A DNA stretch of 63,056 bases from Tissierellia bacterium (GTDB lineage Bacteria > Bacillota > Clostridia > Tissierellales > Tepidimicrobiaceae): NCBI GenBank assembly GCA_012735405.1, contig JAAYHM010000143.1:1-63056 (forward strand), given 5' to 3'. The notes under the pieces were generated by a model that had not been told where the DNA came from, searched no databases, and saw only the letters and a list, made by a program, of their open reading frames with translations. Both the position numbers and the translations under genes were made by a program. Of the stretch, positions 26,637-37,387 are shown one piece after another. Position 1 is the stretch's first letter. The number at the start of each line of letters is the position of its first letter.

Positions 26637-26678
26637 AATAATAGTTTTGCTATAGAAAACTATAGCAAAACTATTATT
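26637..26678 (-). terminator. 19-bp perfect hairpin after leuS
   Basis: AATAATAGTTTTGCTATAG (26637..26655) / CTATAGCAAAACTATTATT (26660..26678), 4-nt loop. Followed directly by the degV RBS. Confidence 0.55.
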
Positions 26679-26690
26679 CCATATTTAAAA

Positions 26691-29102
26691 TTACTTTACA
26701 ACTATATTATATATCTTTCCTTTTACAAATATTTCTTTTACTATTGTTTTTCCTGCTAAATACTTCATAATATTTTGATTTTCTTTAGCTTTTTCTCTAG
26801 CCTGGTCTTGACCATCATCTGCATTTAGTACTATGGTGCCTCTTACCTTTCCATTTACTTGTACTGGCATTTCTATTACATCATCTTTTATTTTTTCCTG
26901 CTCATATTTAGGCCAAGTACTTTCATTTAACATGCCTTCAAATCCCATAATCTCCCATAATTCTTCTGTTATATGGGGAGCTACTGGATTTAAAAGTATT
27001 AAATAAGTTTTAAAGTCTGCCTTTGTTATCTTGCCATGGTCATTAAAGTCATTTAATAATGCCATTAGAGCTGCAATAGCTGTGTTGTATTTTAATGATT
27101 CATAATCTTCACTTACCTTCTTTATTGTTTTATGAATTTTGCTTTCTAATTCTTTTGTATATTCATCTCCATCTACTACTATATCCTGTAATCTCCATAC
27201 CCTGTCTAAAAATCTTCTACAACCCTTAACACCATTTTCAGACCATGGCACACTTTTTTCAAAATCACCAATAAACATTTCATAGGTTCTTAAAGTGTCT
27301 GCACCGTATTCATTAACTATATCATCAGGGTTAACCACATTGCCTCTGGATTTTGACATTTTTTCATTGTTTTCTCCCAGAATCATACCATGGGATGTTC
27401 TCTTCTTATAGGGTTCACTAGTTGGAACAATGCCTAAATCATATAGGAACTTGTGCCAGAATCTAGAATATAATAGATGCAATGTAGTATGTTCCATTCC
27501 ACCATTATACCAATCAACAGGTGTCCAGTATTCAAGTGCTTCTTTGCTTGCAAGTTCTTTATCATTATGTGGATCTGTATACCTTAGGTAATACCAGGAG
27601 GAACCTGCCCATTGGGGCATTGTATCAGTTTCTCTTCTAGCTTTTGCTCCACACTTTGGACAATCTACCTCTACCCATTCAGTAATGTTAGCAAGTGGTG
27701 ATTCACCAGTATCAGTAGGCTCATAATTTTCAACCTCTGGTAATTCTACAGGTAAATCTTCTTCAGGTACTGGAACCCAACCGCATTTTTCACAATAAAT
27801 CATAGGTATTGGTTCTCCCCAATATCTTTGACGGGAAAATACCCAATCGCGTAGTTTGTAATTTACAGCCCTTTTGCCTAATCCATTTTCTTCTAACCAA
27901 TCACTTATTTTCTTTATAGCATCTTTTACCCTCAATCCATTAATTAGCTCTGAATTTACAAGTATCCCATCTTCTGTGTCTGTATAGGCTTCCTTTTCAA
28001 CATCTCCACCTTTAACAACTTCTATAATAGGCAAATTAAACTTTTTAGCAAATTCCCAGTCCCTGGTATCATGCCCTGGCACTGCCATTATGGCACCTGT
28101 TCCATAGCTCATTAGTACATAGTCTGAAATCCAAATAGGTATCTCTTTTTTATTAACAGGGTTTATAGCCTTAATTCCTTTTATCTCTACACCAGTTTTT
28201 TCCTTTGAAAGTTCAGTTCTTTCAAAATCTGATTTTTTACTTACATATTCTCTATATTCATATATTTCATCAATGTTTTGGATACTATCTTTGTATTTTT
28301 CAATAAGGGGATGTTCCGGTGCAATTACCATATAGGTTACACCATATAGTGTATCGGGCCTTGTTGTAAAAACTGTTAAACTATCTTCTTTCCCTGCTAT
28401 CTTAAACTCTACTTCCATTCCTTCAGAGCGACCAATCCAATTTATCTGTTGTATTTTAATTTTTTCAACATAATCAACAGTTTCCAAATCATCAATTAAT
28501 CTATCTGCATATTCTGTAATCTTAAGCATCCATTGGTTTTTTACCTTTCTGACAACCTCTCCTCCACAGCGTTCACATTTACCACCAACTACCTCTTCAT
28601 TTGCCAATCCCACTTTACAGGAGGTGCACCAGTTTATAGGCATTTCTTTTTTATATGCTAAGCCTTTTTCATATAGTTTTAAAAAGATCCACTGGGTCCA
28701 TTTATAATATTTAGGATCTGTTGTATTTATTTCTCTATCCCAATTAAAAGAAAAACCTATGGATTTTAACTGTTCCTTAAATCTTTTCACATTTTGGTCT
28801 GTAACTATTCTTGGATGAATCTTATTTTTTATAGCATAGTTTTCTGTAGGCAATCCAAAGGCATCCCAACCAATTGGGAATAATACATTATACCCTTCAA
28901 GCCTTCTTTTTCTAGCAACTATGTCAAGGGCTGTATAGGGCCTTGGATGGCCTACATGTAGACCTTCCCCTGATGGATATGGAAATTCAATCAAAGCATA
29001 AAATTTTTTCTTTGATTGATCTTCACTAGCTTCAAATACCTTTTTTTCTTCCCAAATTCTTTGCCATTTTCTTTCTATTTCCCTTGGATTGTACTCTTTC
29101 AT
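26691..29102 (-). CDS. leuS: leucine--tRNA ligase
   Basis: 803 aa. HVGHP (HIGH) and KMSKS motifs, CP1 editing domain. Confidence 0.97.
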   Translation of the reverse strand: MKEYNPREIERKWQRIWEEKKVFEASEDQSKKKFYALIEFPYPSGEGLHVGHPRPYTALDIVARKRRLEGYNVLFPIGWDAFGLPTENYAIKNKIHPRIVTDQNVKRFKEQLKSIGFSFNWDREINTTDPKYYKWTQWIFLKLYEKGLAYKKEMPINWCTSCKVGLANEEVVGGKCERCGGEVVRKVKNQWMLKITEYADRLIDDLETVDYVEKIKIQQINWIGRSEGMEVEFKIAGKEDSLTVFTTRPDTLYGVTYMVIAPEHPLIEKYKDSIQNIDEIYEYREYVSKKSDFERTELSKEKTGVEIKGIKAINPVNKKEIPIWISDYVLMSYGTGAIMAVPGHDTRDWEFAKKFNLPIIEVVKGGDVEKEAYTDTEDGILVNSELINGLRVKDAIKKISDWLEENGLGKRAVNYKLRDWVFSRQRYWGEPIPMIYCEKCGWVPVPEEDLPVELPEVENYEPTDTGESPLANITEWVEVDCPKCGAKARRETDTMPQWAGSSWYYLRYTDPHNDKELASKEALEYWTPVDWYNGGMEHTTLHLLYSRFWHKFLYDLGIVPTSEPYKKRTSHGMILGENNEKMSKSRGNVVNPDDIVNEYGADTLRTYEMFIGDFEKSVPWSENGVKGCRRFLDRVWRLQDIVVDGDEYTKELESKIHKTIKKVSEDYESLKYNTAIAALMALLNDFNDHGKITKADFKTYLILLNPVAPHITEELWEIMGFEGMLNESTWPKYEQEKIKDDVIEMPVQVNGKVRGTIVLNADDGQDQAREKAKENQNIMKYLAGKTIVKEIFVKGKIYNIVVK

Positions 29103-29125
29103 ATCTACTCCTCCTTAAATCTTAT

Positions 29126-29364
29126 AAAAATAAAACCTTCCGTCAAAAAATAGAGACGAAAGGTGTATTCCGCGGTACCACTCTACTTGGCAGCATAGGC
29201 TACCCACTTAGAATAATAACGGCTATTACCGGTTAAAGCTACTTAATTCGCTTTAACAACTCCAGGACGAGTTCAGCCCTAATTAGTACTGTTTTGCACC
29301 AACCAACAGCTCTCTCAAACTAATATCAGGCCTACTACTTCCCTTCATAGTTTGTATTATTTTA
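29126..29364 (-). promoter_or_regulatory. T-box riboswitch leader of leuS (probable CUC Leu specifier)
   Basis: The minus strand contains the T-box sequence AGAGUGGUACCGCGG (plus-strand CCGCGGTACCACTC at 29170..29183). It is followed by the terminator CCUUUCGUC..GACGGAAGG (29136..29163) and UUUUAUUUUU. Stem I has the AGAGAG element, and GAA-CUC-G sits in the predicted specifier loop. Confidence 0.85.
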
Positions 29365-29370
29365 CGTTGT

Positions 29371-29399
29371 ATTATAGCAAAAGTATACAAATTATTCAA
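29371..29399 (-). promoter_or_regulatory. sigma-A promoter for the leuS T-box leader
   Basis: Minus strand TTGAAT (29399..29394), 17 nt, TATAAT (29376..29371). Confidence 0.6.
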
Positions 29400-29408
29400 G
29401 ATTTCCTA

Positions 29409-30797
29409 TTAAAATTCTGCTGATCCTACTGTTCTTGGAAATGGTATTACATCCCTTATATTTTTCATTCCTGTTAAATACATTATTGCCCTTTCAAAGC
29501 CAAGTCCATAACCAGCATGTTTTACTCCACCGTATTTTCTTAATTCTAAATACCACCAGTAATCTTCTTTTTTAAGTCCCATTTCTGAAACTCTTCTTTC
29601 TAGTACATCAAGCCTTTCTTCCCTTTGGCTACCACCTATAATTTCTCCAACTCCTGGCACAAGTAAATCCATAGCAGCTACAGTTTTTTCATCATCATTT
29701 AATCTCATGTAAAAGGCTTTTATATCCTTTGGATAATCAATAACAAATACTGGCCCTTTAAATACCTTCTCGCTTATATATCTTTCATGTTCAGTTTGTA
29801 AATCTACACCCCATTCCACAGGAAATTGGAAGTTTTCCTTGGACTTTTTAAGTAATTCTATAGCCTCTGTGTAGGTAATACATTCAAATTTTGAATTTAC
29901 AATATTTTCTAGCCTTTCAATTAAGCCCTTGTCTATAAAAGAATTGAAAAATTTCATCTCTTCTGGTGCATTTTCCATAACATAATTTATAATGTATTTC
30001 ATCATATCTTCTGCTAAATTCATATTATCTTTTAGATCAGCAAAGGCTATTTCTGGTTCTATCATCCAAAATTCTGCTGCATGTCTTGGAGTATTGGAGT
30101 TTTCAGCCCTGAAGGTAGGACCAAAGGTATAAACTTTTTTGAAGGCTAAAGCATAAGCTTCTGCTTCAAGCTGTCCACTAACAGTTAGATTTGTTTCCTT
30201 TCCAAAGAAATCCTTTGAATAATCTACTTTACTATCTTCCGTATGAGGAATGTTTTCCAAATCTAAAGTGGTAACCCTAAACATTTCTCCTGCACCTTCA
30301 GCATCGCTTCCAGTTATAATTGGAGTATGAACATACACAAAGTCTCTTTCCTGGAAGAATTTATGTATTGCATAAGCTGCTAAGGATCTTACTCTAAAAA
30401 CTGCACTAAAGGTATTGCTTCTTGGTCTTAAGTGGGCTATGGTCCTTAAATATTCAAAAGTATGCCTCTTTTTCTGTAAAGGATAATCACTTTGAGAATC
30501 TGCCTCTAAAATTATTTCCTTTGCATGGATTTCAAAGGGTTGTTTTGCTCCTTCAGTTTTTACCAGTCTTCCTTTAACAGTAATAGCACTGCTAATGCTG
30601 TATTTGCTTATTTCTTTAAAATTATCCATTTGCTCGTCAAAAACTATTTGTAAATTTGAAAAGTAAGTTCCGTCGTTAACTTCTATAAAACCAACTCTTT
30701 TTGAAGCTCTTAGTGTTCTAATCCAACCTTCAACAACTACTTCCTTATCCAAAAATTCATCTGGATTTGTATATATTTCTTTGATTGTACTTTTCAT
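29409..30797 (-). CDS. asnS: asparagine--tRNA ligase
   Basis: Class IIb: OB-fold N-terminus, motif 2 [21 protein letters not shown], motif 3 [12 protein letters not shown] 30797 with AAGGAG RBS (the track starts at GTG 30803). Confidence 0.95.
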   Translation of the reverse strand: MKSTIKEIYTNPDEFLDKEVVVEGWIRTLRASKRVGFIEVNDGTYFSNLQIVFDEQMDNFKEISKYSISSAITVKGRLVKTEGAKQPFEIHAKEIILEADSQSDYPLQKKRHTFEYLRTIAHLRPRSNTFSAVFRVRSLAAYAIHKFFQERDFVYVHTPIITGSDAEGAGEMFRVTTLDLENIPHTEDSKVDYSKDFFGKETNLTVSGQLEAEAYALAFKKVYTFGPTFRAENSNTPRHAAEFWMIEPEIAFADLKDNMNLAEDMMKYIINYVMENAPEEMKFFNSFIDKGLIERLENIVNSKFECITYTEAIELLKKSKENFQFPVEWGVDLQTEHERYISEKVFKGPVFVIDYPKDIKAFYMRLNDDEKTVAAMDLLVPGVGEIIGGSQREERLDVLERRVSEMGLKKEDYWWYLELRKYGGVKHAGYGLGFERAIMYLTGMKNIRDVIPFPRTVGSAEF

Positions 30798-30822
30798 TCG
30801 CACACTCCTTCCCTACTTTCAT

Positions 30823-30856
30823 CAAAAAAACCTTCTATCCTAAAGGAACGAAGGTT
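30823..30856 (-). terminator. rho-independent terminator after rarA
   Basis: AACCTTC (30829..30835) / GAAGGTT (30850..30856) with inner CC/GG pairing, then a U-run on the minus strand. Confidence 0.7.
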
Positions 30857-30906
30857 TTAATGCGCCCTTCATTACTTCTTGTAAACTTTATATTATTATA
30901 TTTATA

Positions 30907-32232
30907 TCATTCCTTTTTGTCAATTAATTTAGCCATATTTTCTTTAATTATCTTCTCGTATCCATTATTAGTAGGTATATAGTATCTAGCATTTTTAAAT
31001 TCATCAGGCAAATATTGTTGTTTTACATAAGAATTTTCATAATCATGGGGATATTTGTATCCTATTCCTTGGCCTAGGTTCCTGGCCCCTTTATAGGATG
31101 CATCTTTTAAGTGGGGCGGAACCTTGCCGATTGGTTTATTCTTAATGTCATTCAAAGCCTTATTTATGCCCATATAGCAAGCATTACTTTTTGGAGCACA
31201 TGCAACATAGCAGGCAGCTTGAGCAAGTATTATCCTACCTTCAGGCATACCTATTGCATCAACGGCATTAAAGGCAGATACGGCTACATTTAAAGCTTGA
31301 GGATCTGCATTTCCTACATCTTCTGATGCACATATTATTATTCTCCTTGCTATAAACTTAGGATCTTCTCCTGCTTCTATCATTTTCGCAAGCCAATAGA
31401 GAGTGGCATCAGGGTCAGAGCCCCTCATACTTTTTATAAAGGCAGAAATAGTATCATAATGTTCATCTGAATTTTTATCATATTTAGCAGTTTTCACTAA
31501 TAAGGATTCCATAATTGTTTCCAAGTCAATGTTTATTACACCTTTTTCGTCTGTTGGAGTTGACAGTACTGCAATTTCCAATGAATTTAAAGCAATTCTT
31601 CCATCACCATCTGAAATTGTAATAAGATAATCCATAGCTTCTTTATCTATATTAACATTATATTTACCCAATCCTCTTTTTTTATCCTTAAGAGCTCTAT
31701 CTATTAATATACTTATCTCTTCCCTATTAAGTGTATATAAAGGTATAACCATCATCCTAGACAAAAGTGCCTTATTTACTTCAAAATATGGATTTTCAGT
31801 GGTAGCTCCAATGAGTATAATTATACCTCTTTCAACATATGGAAGTAGCGCATCCTGCTGAGCCTTGTTGAATCTATGGATTTCATCAATAAATAGTATA
31901 GTTCTTTTATTGTATAGTTTCAAGTTTTCCTCTGCAGATTTAATTACTTCTCTCAACTCTTTTACGCCAGATGTAACTGCTGACAATTTTTTAAAATCTT
32001 TATGGGTAGTATTTGCTATTATAGCAGCTAAAGTAGTTTTGCCTATACCAGGAGGCCCATACAAGATCATAGAATTGATTCTATCAGCTTTAATAACTCT
32101 CCATAAAAATTTTCCCTTCCCTAATACATGGGACTGACCAACAAATTCATCTAAAGTTTTTGGTCTCATCCTATCTGCTAGAGGGGCCTCTTTCTCCAAC
32201 TGGCTTTCCATGTTTAAAGTAAAAAAATCCAT
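30907..32232 (-). CDS. rarA: replication-associated recombination protein A (AAA+ ATPase RarA/MgsA)
   Basis: Walker A GPPGIGKTT, Walker B FIDEIHRF, C-terminal MgsA domain (YDxxSAFIKSMRGSDPDA). Probable start ATG 32232 (MDFFTL..); the track ORF extends to 32259. Confidence 0.9.
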   Translation of the reverse strand: MDFFTLNMESQLEKEAPLADRMRPKTLDEFVGQSHVLGKGKFLWRVIKADRINSMILYGPPGIGKTTLAAIIANTTHKDFKKLSAVTSGVKELREVIKSAEENLKLYNKRTILFIDEIHRFNKAQQDALLPYVERGIIILIGATTENPYFEVNKALLSRMMVIPLYTLNREEISILIDRALKDKKRGLGKYNVNIDKEAMDYLITISDGDGRIALNSLEIAVLSTPTDEKGVINIDLETIMESLLVKTAKYDKNSDEHYDTISAFIKSMRGSDPDATLYWLAKMIEAGEDPKFIARRIIICASEDVGNADPQALNVAVSAFNAVDAIGMPEGRIILAQAACYVACAPKSNACYMGINKALNDIKNKPIGKVPPHLKDASYKGARNLGQGIGYKYPHDYENSYVKQQYLPDEFKNARYYIPTNNGYEKIIKENMAKLIDKKE

Positions 32233-32315
32233 AATATCACCTGTTTTAATTATAGACAATTGTATTTGTTTATATAATGATATAATATTAATTTTCTCCA
32301 GTCAACAATTGCAAA

Positions 32316-33380
32316 TTACTTAATCACCTTCTTTACATAGGCACTAGTCATAGCCCTGAGTATACCACCATAAGTCAATTTAAATCTAATTTCATCTCCT
32401 ACCTTATAGTCTACCTTGCTATCAGTTCCATCCAATATTAGGTGGTCACTGCTACCTCCTAATATTTCTATACCATCATCTAAGGGAATTAGGCTGTCAA
32501 AATCAATATCCTGCTTTCCAATAGCGCATATTATTCTTTTTCTTACACCCCTATCTACAAAAGTAGGAGTTTTTCCAAAAGCATCCATACCTATTTCACC
32601 AATGGGAACAGATGGCTTGTCCTTGATTTCTATAATTTCTGCTGCTAGCTGGAAAGCATCATCATAGGTGTTTTCAATTCTGTTTCCAAAAGCAGTTTCC
32701 CTGCCTAAAACGATTGACTCCCCAAGCCTCAAATGATTAATACCGTCTATTTTCTTGTCATTTATTAATAAATGTAAGGTACTTGAATTCCCACCTGAAA
32801 TAATATCTAAATTTATATTATATTCTTTTTCTATTTTATTTGCCAAATTCACTAACCTTCCTAGATTTTCTCCTCGTGGTATTACCCCTCCATAACAAGT
32901 TAGATTGGTCCCAAGACCAATAATTTCAATGCCCTCTAATTTTAGAATTTCTTCAATAGCTTCAAACAAATCTTCTTCCTTAAAATAACCTTCTCTTAAA
33001 TCACCTAAATCATACATTAGTATTATTTTATGAGTAACCCCTTTTCCTTTGGAAGCTTTAGACAAAGCTTTAATTGTATCTACCTCTGAATTAAGGGATA
33101 TATCTGCATATTCGACTACCTTTTCTACTTCACTAATCATGGGAAGTCTTAACAAAATCTTGGGTATCTTAAACTCCTTTAATTTAATTAAATTTTCTAT
33201 TCTTGAATCAGCTAAATAATCTACTCCACCTTCAACATATGCCTTGGCAATTTCAGTATCAGCACAAAAGACCTTTGTAACTCCTGCTACTTTAATTTTA
33301 TATTTTTTACATAAGTTAACCAAGGTAGATGTATTATGCTTTATTTTATTTAAATCCACCTCTATTCTAGGATAAAACAT
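32316..33380 (-). CDS. orr: PLP-dependent alanine-racemase-fold enzyme, ornithine racemase by context
   Basis: AGVTKV PLP-lysine region. Last gene of the ornithine operon. Start ATG 33380 (MFYPRIEVDL) with AAGGAGGG RBS; the track start at 33401 has none. Confidence 0.8.
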   Translation of the reverse strand: MFYPRIEVDLNKIKHNTSTLVNLCKKYKIKVAGVTKVFCADTEIAKAYVEGGVDYLADSRIENLIKLKEFKIPKILLRLPMISEVEKVVEYADISLNSEVDTIKALSKASKGKGVTHKIILMYDLGDLREGYFKEEDLFEAIEEILKLEGIEIIGLGTNLTCYGGVIPRGENLGRLVNLANKIEKEYNINLDIISGGNSSTLHLLINDKKIDGINHLRLGESIVLGRETAFGNRIENTYDDAFQLAAEIIEIKDKPSVPIGEIGMDAFGKTPTFVDRGVRKRIICAIGKQDIDFDSLIPLDDGIEILGGSSDHLILDGTDSKVDYKVGDEIRFKLTYGGILRAMTSAYVKKVIK

Positions 33381-33410
33381 AGTATCCCTCCTTAACTTCA
33401 ATAATATTAT

Positions 33411-33435
33411 TATAGGCGTCCTATGGACGCCTATA
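33411..33435 (-). other. GC-rich intercistronic hairpin between the mutL-like gene and orr
   Basis: TATAGGCGTCC (33411..33421) / GGACGCCTATA (33425..33435), 11-bp perfect stem with a 3-nt loop. Overlaps the stop codon of the upstream gene. Confidence 0.45.
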
Positions 33436-34795
33436 TTTTAAGACTCTCCTTTAAAAGCTTTAACGCAGCTTCAGGATAATTTATTGACATTACGCCTAAT
33501 GAAGCCATTATATAATAATTATCTACAAGAATCTCAGCTTCAGTATTTGGTAATAGTTCGTTTCCTTTATTAGATCTTGGTATCTCCTTTAATATATCCA
33601 CCCTGTTTGGTAACCTAGTTAATGCTCCACCTGTTCCAATTATATATTTTATGTTTGTTAAATCCTTTCCTTCTGCTATTGTTTTTTTACCTCCAGGTCC
33701 ATAAAGATGTCTAAGCCTCCCGGCATGCCTTTTAACAGCAGTCACTGCTGCACTAAGGGTAAGCTTTTCCGTAAAAGCAGTATCTAAATCATTTTCTGGA
33801 ATTGGAGTATGGTTTTCTATAACAGCTTCTAATTTATCTATGGTCAGGTCCAAGTCCCTTGCTAACTCTTCTTTGCCTATTAAGTCAACAATATTTTTCA
33901 TATTGACATAAACACCTAAATCCCCTTCAACGGTTCTTTTGGCAGTAGGCTCAGGATTAATTTGCATCCTTGTTATCTCTTCACTGCCTTCAGTTACTGA
34001 ATGAACGTCTGTAGTTGCACCTCCTACATCGATAACCACTAAATCACCTATATCTTCATAGAGAAGCTTTGCTGCTTCCATTACGGCACCTGGAGTTGGA
34101 ATAATTGGACCTGTTACTAGCTCTCTAATCTTTTCCATACCTGGTGCATGAATTATATGTTTTTCAAATACATTTTGTATAACCTTTCTTGTTGGTTCTA
34201 TGTTAAGCTCATCAATTCTTGGGTAAACATTGTCTACAATATATAATTCGCTTTTCTTTCCTTTAAATAATTCTTTTACTTCCTCATGGTTTTCTATATT
34301 TCCTGCATAAATTACTGGAATTTGCAAATCTAGTTTAGCAATCATTTCAGAATTGTATAAGGCTGTATCCCTTTCACCATAATCTACTCCACCAGCAATA
34401 AGAATTATATTAGGTTTTATTTCCTCTATTTTTTTCAAATCAGTGTTCCTTAATTTACCAGCCGTAATGCTTTTTATATTGGCCCCTGCACCTAATGCAG
34501 CTTCCTTTGCAGCTCTTACAGTCATATCAAATACCAGTCCATGTACTGTCATTTTTAAACCGCCTGCAGCACTGCTAGTTGCAAACAACTCTGAATACTC
34601 AATACTATCTGCCTTTAAATTTCTTCTTAAATCTTCTATTGCACTGAGAAGCCCAATATTTACATCGCCTTCTAATACTGAAGTTGGTGCCTGCCCCTGT
34701 CCTATAAAGCTAGGACAGGGGTCTTTAATCCCAGAAAAAGCATTAACTACAGTTGTAGTACTACCTATTTCAGCAACTAATATGTCAACTTTCAT
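33431..34795 (-). CDS. glutamate mutase MutL/GlmL-like ASKHA ATPase (putative aminomutase reactivase/chaperone)
   Basis: 454 aa. EIGSTTTVV and VIDVGGATTDVHSV phosphate-binding motifs. Directly follows and overlaps oraE. Confidence 0.75.
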   Translation of the reverse strand: MKVDILVAEIGSTTTVVNAFSGIKDPCPSFIGQGQAPTSVLEGDVNIGLLSAIEDLRRNLKADSIEYSELFATSSAAGGLKMTVHGLVFDMTVRAAKEAALGAGANIKSITAGKLRNTDLKKIEEIKPNIILIAGGVDYGERDTALYNSEMIAKLDLQIPVIYAGNIENHEEVKELFKGKKSELYIVDNVYPRIDELNIEPTRKVIQNVFEKHIIHAPGMEKIRELVTGPIIPTPGAVMEAAKLLYEDIGDLVVIDVGGATTDVHSVTEGSEEITRMQINPEPTAKRTVEGDLGVYVNMKNIVDLIGKEELARDLDLTIDKLEAVIENHTPIPENDLDTAFTEKLTLSAAVTAVKRHAGRLRHLYGPGGKKTIAEGKDLTNIKYIIGTGGALTRLPNRVDILKEIPRSNKGNELLPNTEAEILVDNYYIMASLGVMSINYPEAALKLLKESLKI

Positions 34796-37001
34796 CTTTC
34801 ATCTCTCTTCTCTTCTTTACTAAAAAGGTTGCTACCTGAGCTCCATTTGTTCCTCTGCCAAATCCTGCATCTACTCCACTCTCTATAGCTAGTTCATTGG
34901 ATACCTGTGTACCTCCTGCAACTAGTATAATTTTGTCTCTTATACCTTTTTCTATACAAAGTTCATGTAATTTTTTCATATTCTTATAATGTATGTCATC
35001 ATGGCTTATTATGGTTGAAGCAAGTATAGCATCAGCATTTAATTCTATGGCAGCATCAACTAATTTTTCAACTGGTACAGATGTACCTAGATAGTGACAT
35101 TCTATACCATACTTTTCTATTCCTCCATGCTTAATGTCTATAATCTCCCTTAATCCTACAGAGTGTTCATCTTCTCCTACTGTAGCTGCAACTATCTTCA
35201 TTGGATTTTTTTCTATTTCTTCTCTTATTTCATCATCAGACATAATGTCTGGTTTTGGAGGAATTTCAAGTTTATTAGTATCTATGGTGAATGGTACCCT
35301 ACCTTTCAATTCTATCCTAGTTCCTTCAGCTTCTTGCATAATTTCCCTATGAATTACCTCTACATCTTCCAATCCCAGTCTTTCACCAATTTCAATTGCT
35401 GCAAATTCAGCAACCCTTTCTTCTGCAGGTAAAAACATTGTTAAAAGTATAATGCCATCTCCTGCCCATTCCATTTCAGGTTTTACAAGGCCTGTTCCCC
35501 TTAGTTCCTTAGTTTCTTCTAATCTTACATATACATTGTCATTTTCATCTAATTCATCTATATAAACAATTTTATCCGGATCTTCAAAAGTACATCCCCC
35601 AATTAATTTAGATGGATTATCTACTGCACTTTCATCATATTGTGCTACATTATTATATCCAAATACTGCAGTAACTGGTGCCATGTAGTCCTTATCCCTT
35701 TCTACTACTGTTCCAGCACCTATTCCACCATCAATCTTTCTAACAATGCCGTCGCCGTTTCTTTCTGGATAATATCCTGAATCAACAAAGAATCCTTCCT
35801 CAACTGCTTTAAAATATCCACCAACTTCAAGTATTTCTTCCATAAATAGAACTGCTCTTTCTTTTAGCTCCCTAACCTTTTCTTTAAGCTCTCCTTCATT
35901 CCTTTTTAATTCAACCATTTCTTTTAATCCATCCATACCAACTAAGGCCTGTTTTGCTGTATCTACAGCTTCTATATTGTAAATATGCCATGGTACATTT
36001 CTTCCTTCATCTGGTGTTATTGTAGATTGAATATCAGCACTTGTAAGTTCTGATATTAATAGATTCAATACATGGGTTACAGTAGCTTCTCGTGTTGATG
36101 ATTCCATATATTTTGTATTCATTTGGGCTCGCATTTTATAGTCTCTAAACAATTCCCTTAAAGCTACTGCATAAGGTAAGTCTAATCTCATGCATGGCGC
36201 TGGAGGTGCTGTAGGTGGTACAGTTGATAGACATATATTTTCCTTTTTCATTCCTACTTTAACTGAAAACATACTATTGATAGCATGCTGTACCATAAGT
36301 TCAGGCATTACCTTCCAAGCTTCCCTAGCTGTTGCATTTGCATTGTGTGCACCATCTATTTGAGCCATATCTGCCCAAGCCATTACCTTTTTTGCACTGG
36401 CTGCATCAACAAAGGATCTAACCATATTTATATTTCTGTATAAAACATTATATTGTGGGTCCTGATGAGCGCCATTAACACCTTCTTCAGCAAACATAAC
36501 TGCTATTTCAGGTCCTGCAACGCCACTAACATAGGAGTGGTAGTTTATAGGTCTTCCTACTTCGTCTTCAATAAGATCTAAAGCTTTTCTTTGGGCCCGT
36601 ACTTGCTTTCTGGTTATGGGTATTCCTCCTACTCCTTGAGGAGTCCCTTCTATTAGTCCGTCAAAATGGCTTTGCCCAGCAGTTCTAATAACCATTATGT
36701 GATCTGCACCATGCCATGCAGCCATCCTCATCCTTCTAATATCATCTTCAAATCTGCCTGAAGCAATTTCTGTTGTAATAACTGGCTGTGGTTGTGGGTC
36801 AATATTGTCAAAGTATTTTGCTGCTGGTAAAGGTTGACTACTTTTTAGATTTTCAGTCGTTTCATAATACTCAAATTTGCCTATTTTTCTCTTTTCTCCT
36901 GCACCTTTTCTCCAAGTCCAGCCTCTTCTTCTAGGTCTATACTTATCTAAATCCTTTAATATATATTCAATATCTAATTTTTCATTTGGTTTTAACTCCA
37001 T
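34785..37001 (-). CDS. oraE: D-ornithine 4,5-aminomutase, large (E/beta) subunit
   Basis: 738 aa. C-terminal B12-binding domain with DxHxxG (GEDEHSVG). Paired with the small S subunit upstream (ATGA overlap). Confidence 0.88.
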   Translation of the reverse strand: MELKPNEKLDIEYILKDLDKYRPRRRGWTWRKGAGEKRKIGKFEYYETTENLKSSQPLPAAKYFDNIDPQPQPVITTEIASGRFEDDIRRMRMAAWHGADHIMVIRTAGQSHFDGLIEGTPQGVGGIPITRKQVRAQRKALDLIEDEVGRPINYHSYVSGVAGPEIAVMFAEEGVNGAHQDPQYNVLYRNINMVRSFVDAASAKKVMAWADMAQIDGAHNANATAREAWKVMPELMVQHAINSMFSVKVGMKKENICLSTVPPTAPPAPCMRLDLPYAVALRELFRDYKMRAQMNTKYMESSTREATVTHVLNLLISELTSADIQSTITPDEGRNVPWHIYNIEAVDTAKQALVGMDGLKEMVELKRNEGELKEKVRELKERAVLFMEEILEVGGYFKAVEEGFFVDSGYYPERNGDGIVRKIDGGIGAGTVVERDKDYMAPVTAVFGYNNVAQYDESAVDNPSKLIGGCTFEDPDKIVYIDELDENDNVYVRLEETKELRGTGLVKPEMEWAGDGIILLTMFLPAEERVAEFAAIEIGERLGLEDVEVIHREIMQEAEGTRIELKGRVPFTIDTNKLEIPPKPDIMSDDEIREEIEKNPMKIVAATVGEDEHSVGLREIIDIKHGGIEKYGIECHYLGTSVPVEKLVDAAIELNADAILASTIISHDDIHYKNMKKLHELCIEKGIRDKIILVAGGTQVSNELAIESGVDAGFGRGTNGAQVATFLVKKRREMKDES

Positions 37002-37366
37002 TACTTTTCACCTCCTTTGAAAACTCCTACAATATAGTCCCACATTTCTCCATTGGCAAGTTTTAAGCCTGCTTCTCTTATGCTTAAGTTCTTATCCCTT
37101 GATAGTCTGTAAACTAAATGGCCTGCACCTTTCCCCAACAATCCTCTTTCCACAGCTCCATCTACAATAGCCTTTGCTTCTAAACTCGAAAAGCCCATTC
37201 TAAGTAATACTGATCTTTCTATTGAAGGAGATGTGTGCTTATATGCTAAATCTACTAGAGGATCTACAATTTTTTCAGCTAATTCCCAAAATCTTTGTTC
37301 CAGCTCTTCTTCTGTAAGATTTGCTAAATGTTTCCTTCTTTCTTGAAAATCATCTTCCCTTTTCAC
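37001..37366 (-). CDS. oraS: D-ornithine 4,5-aminomutase, small (S/alpha) subunit
   Basis: 121 aa, GTG start with AAAGGAGTG RBS. Position and size match oraS. Confidence 0.82.
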   Translation of the reverse strand: MKREDDFQERRKHLANLTEEELEQRFWELAEKIVDPLVDLAYKHTSPSIERSVLLRMGFSSLEAKAIVDGAVERGLLGKGAGHLVYRLSRDKNLSIREAGLKLANGEMWDYIVGVFKGGEK

Positions 37367-37387
37367 CTGATATCACTCCTTTCAAAT

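Noticed and set aside
30798-30906. T-box or other leader upstream of asnS.
   Set aside because: The interval is only about 100 nt and is fully explained by the rarA terminator plus the asnS RBS. No T-box sequence is present.
33431-34795. The name MutL might suggest DNA mismatch repair.
   Set aside because: The sequence is the glutamate-mutase-associated MutL/GlmL ASKHA-fold family (DVGGATTD motifs), not the GHKL MutL. Context with oraSE supports a mutase chaperone or reactivase role.
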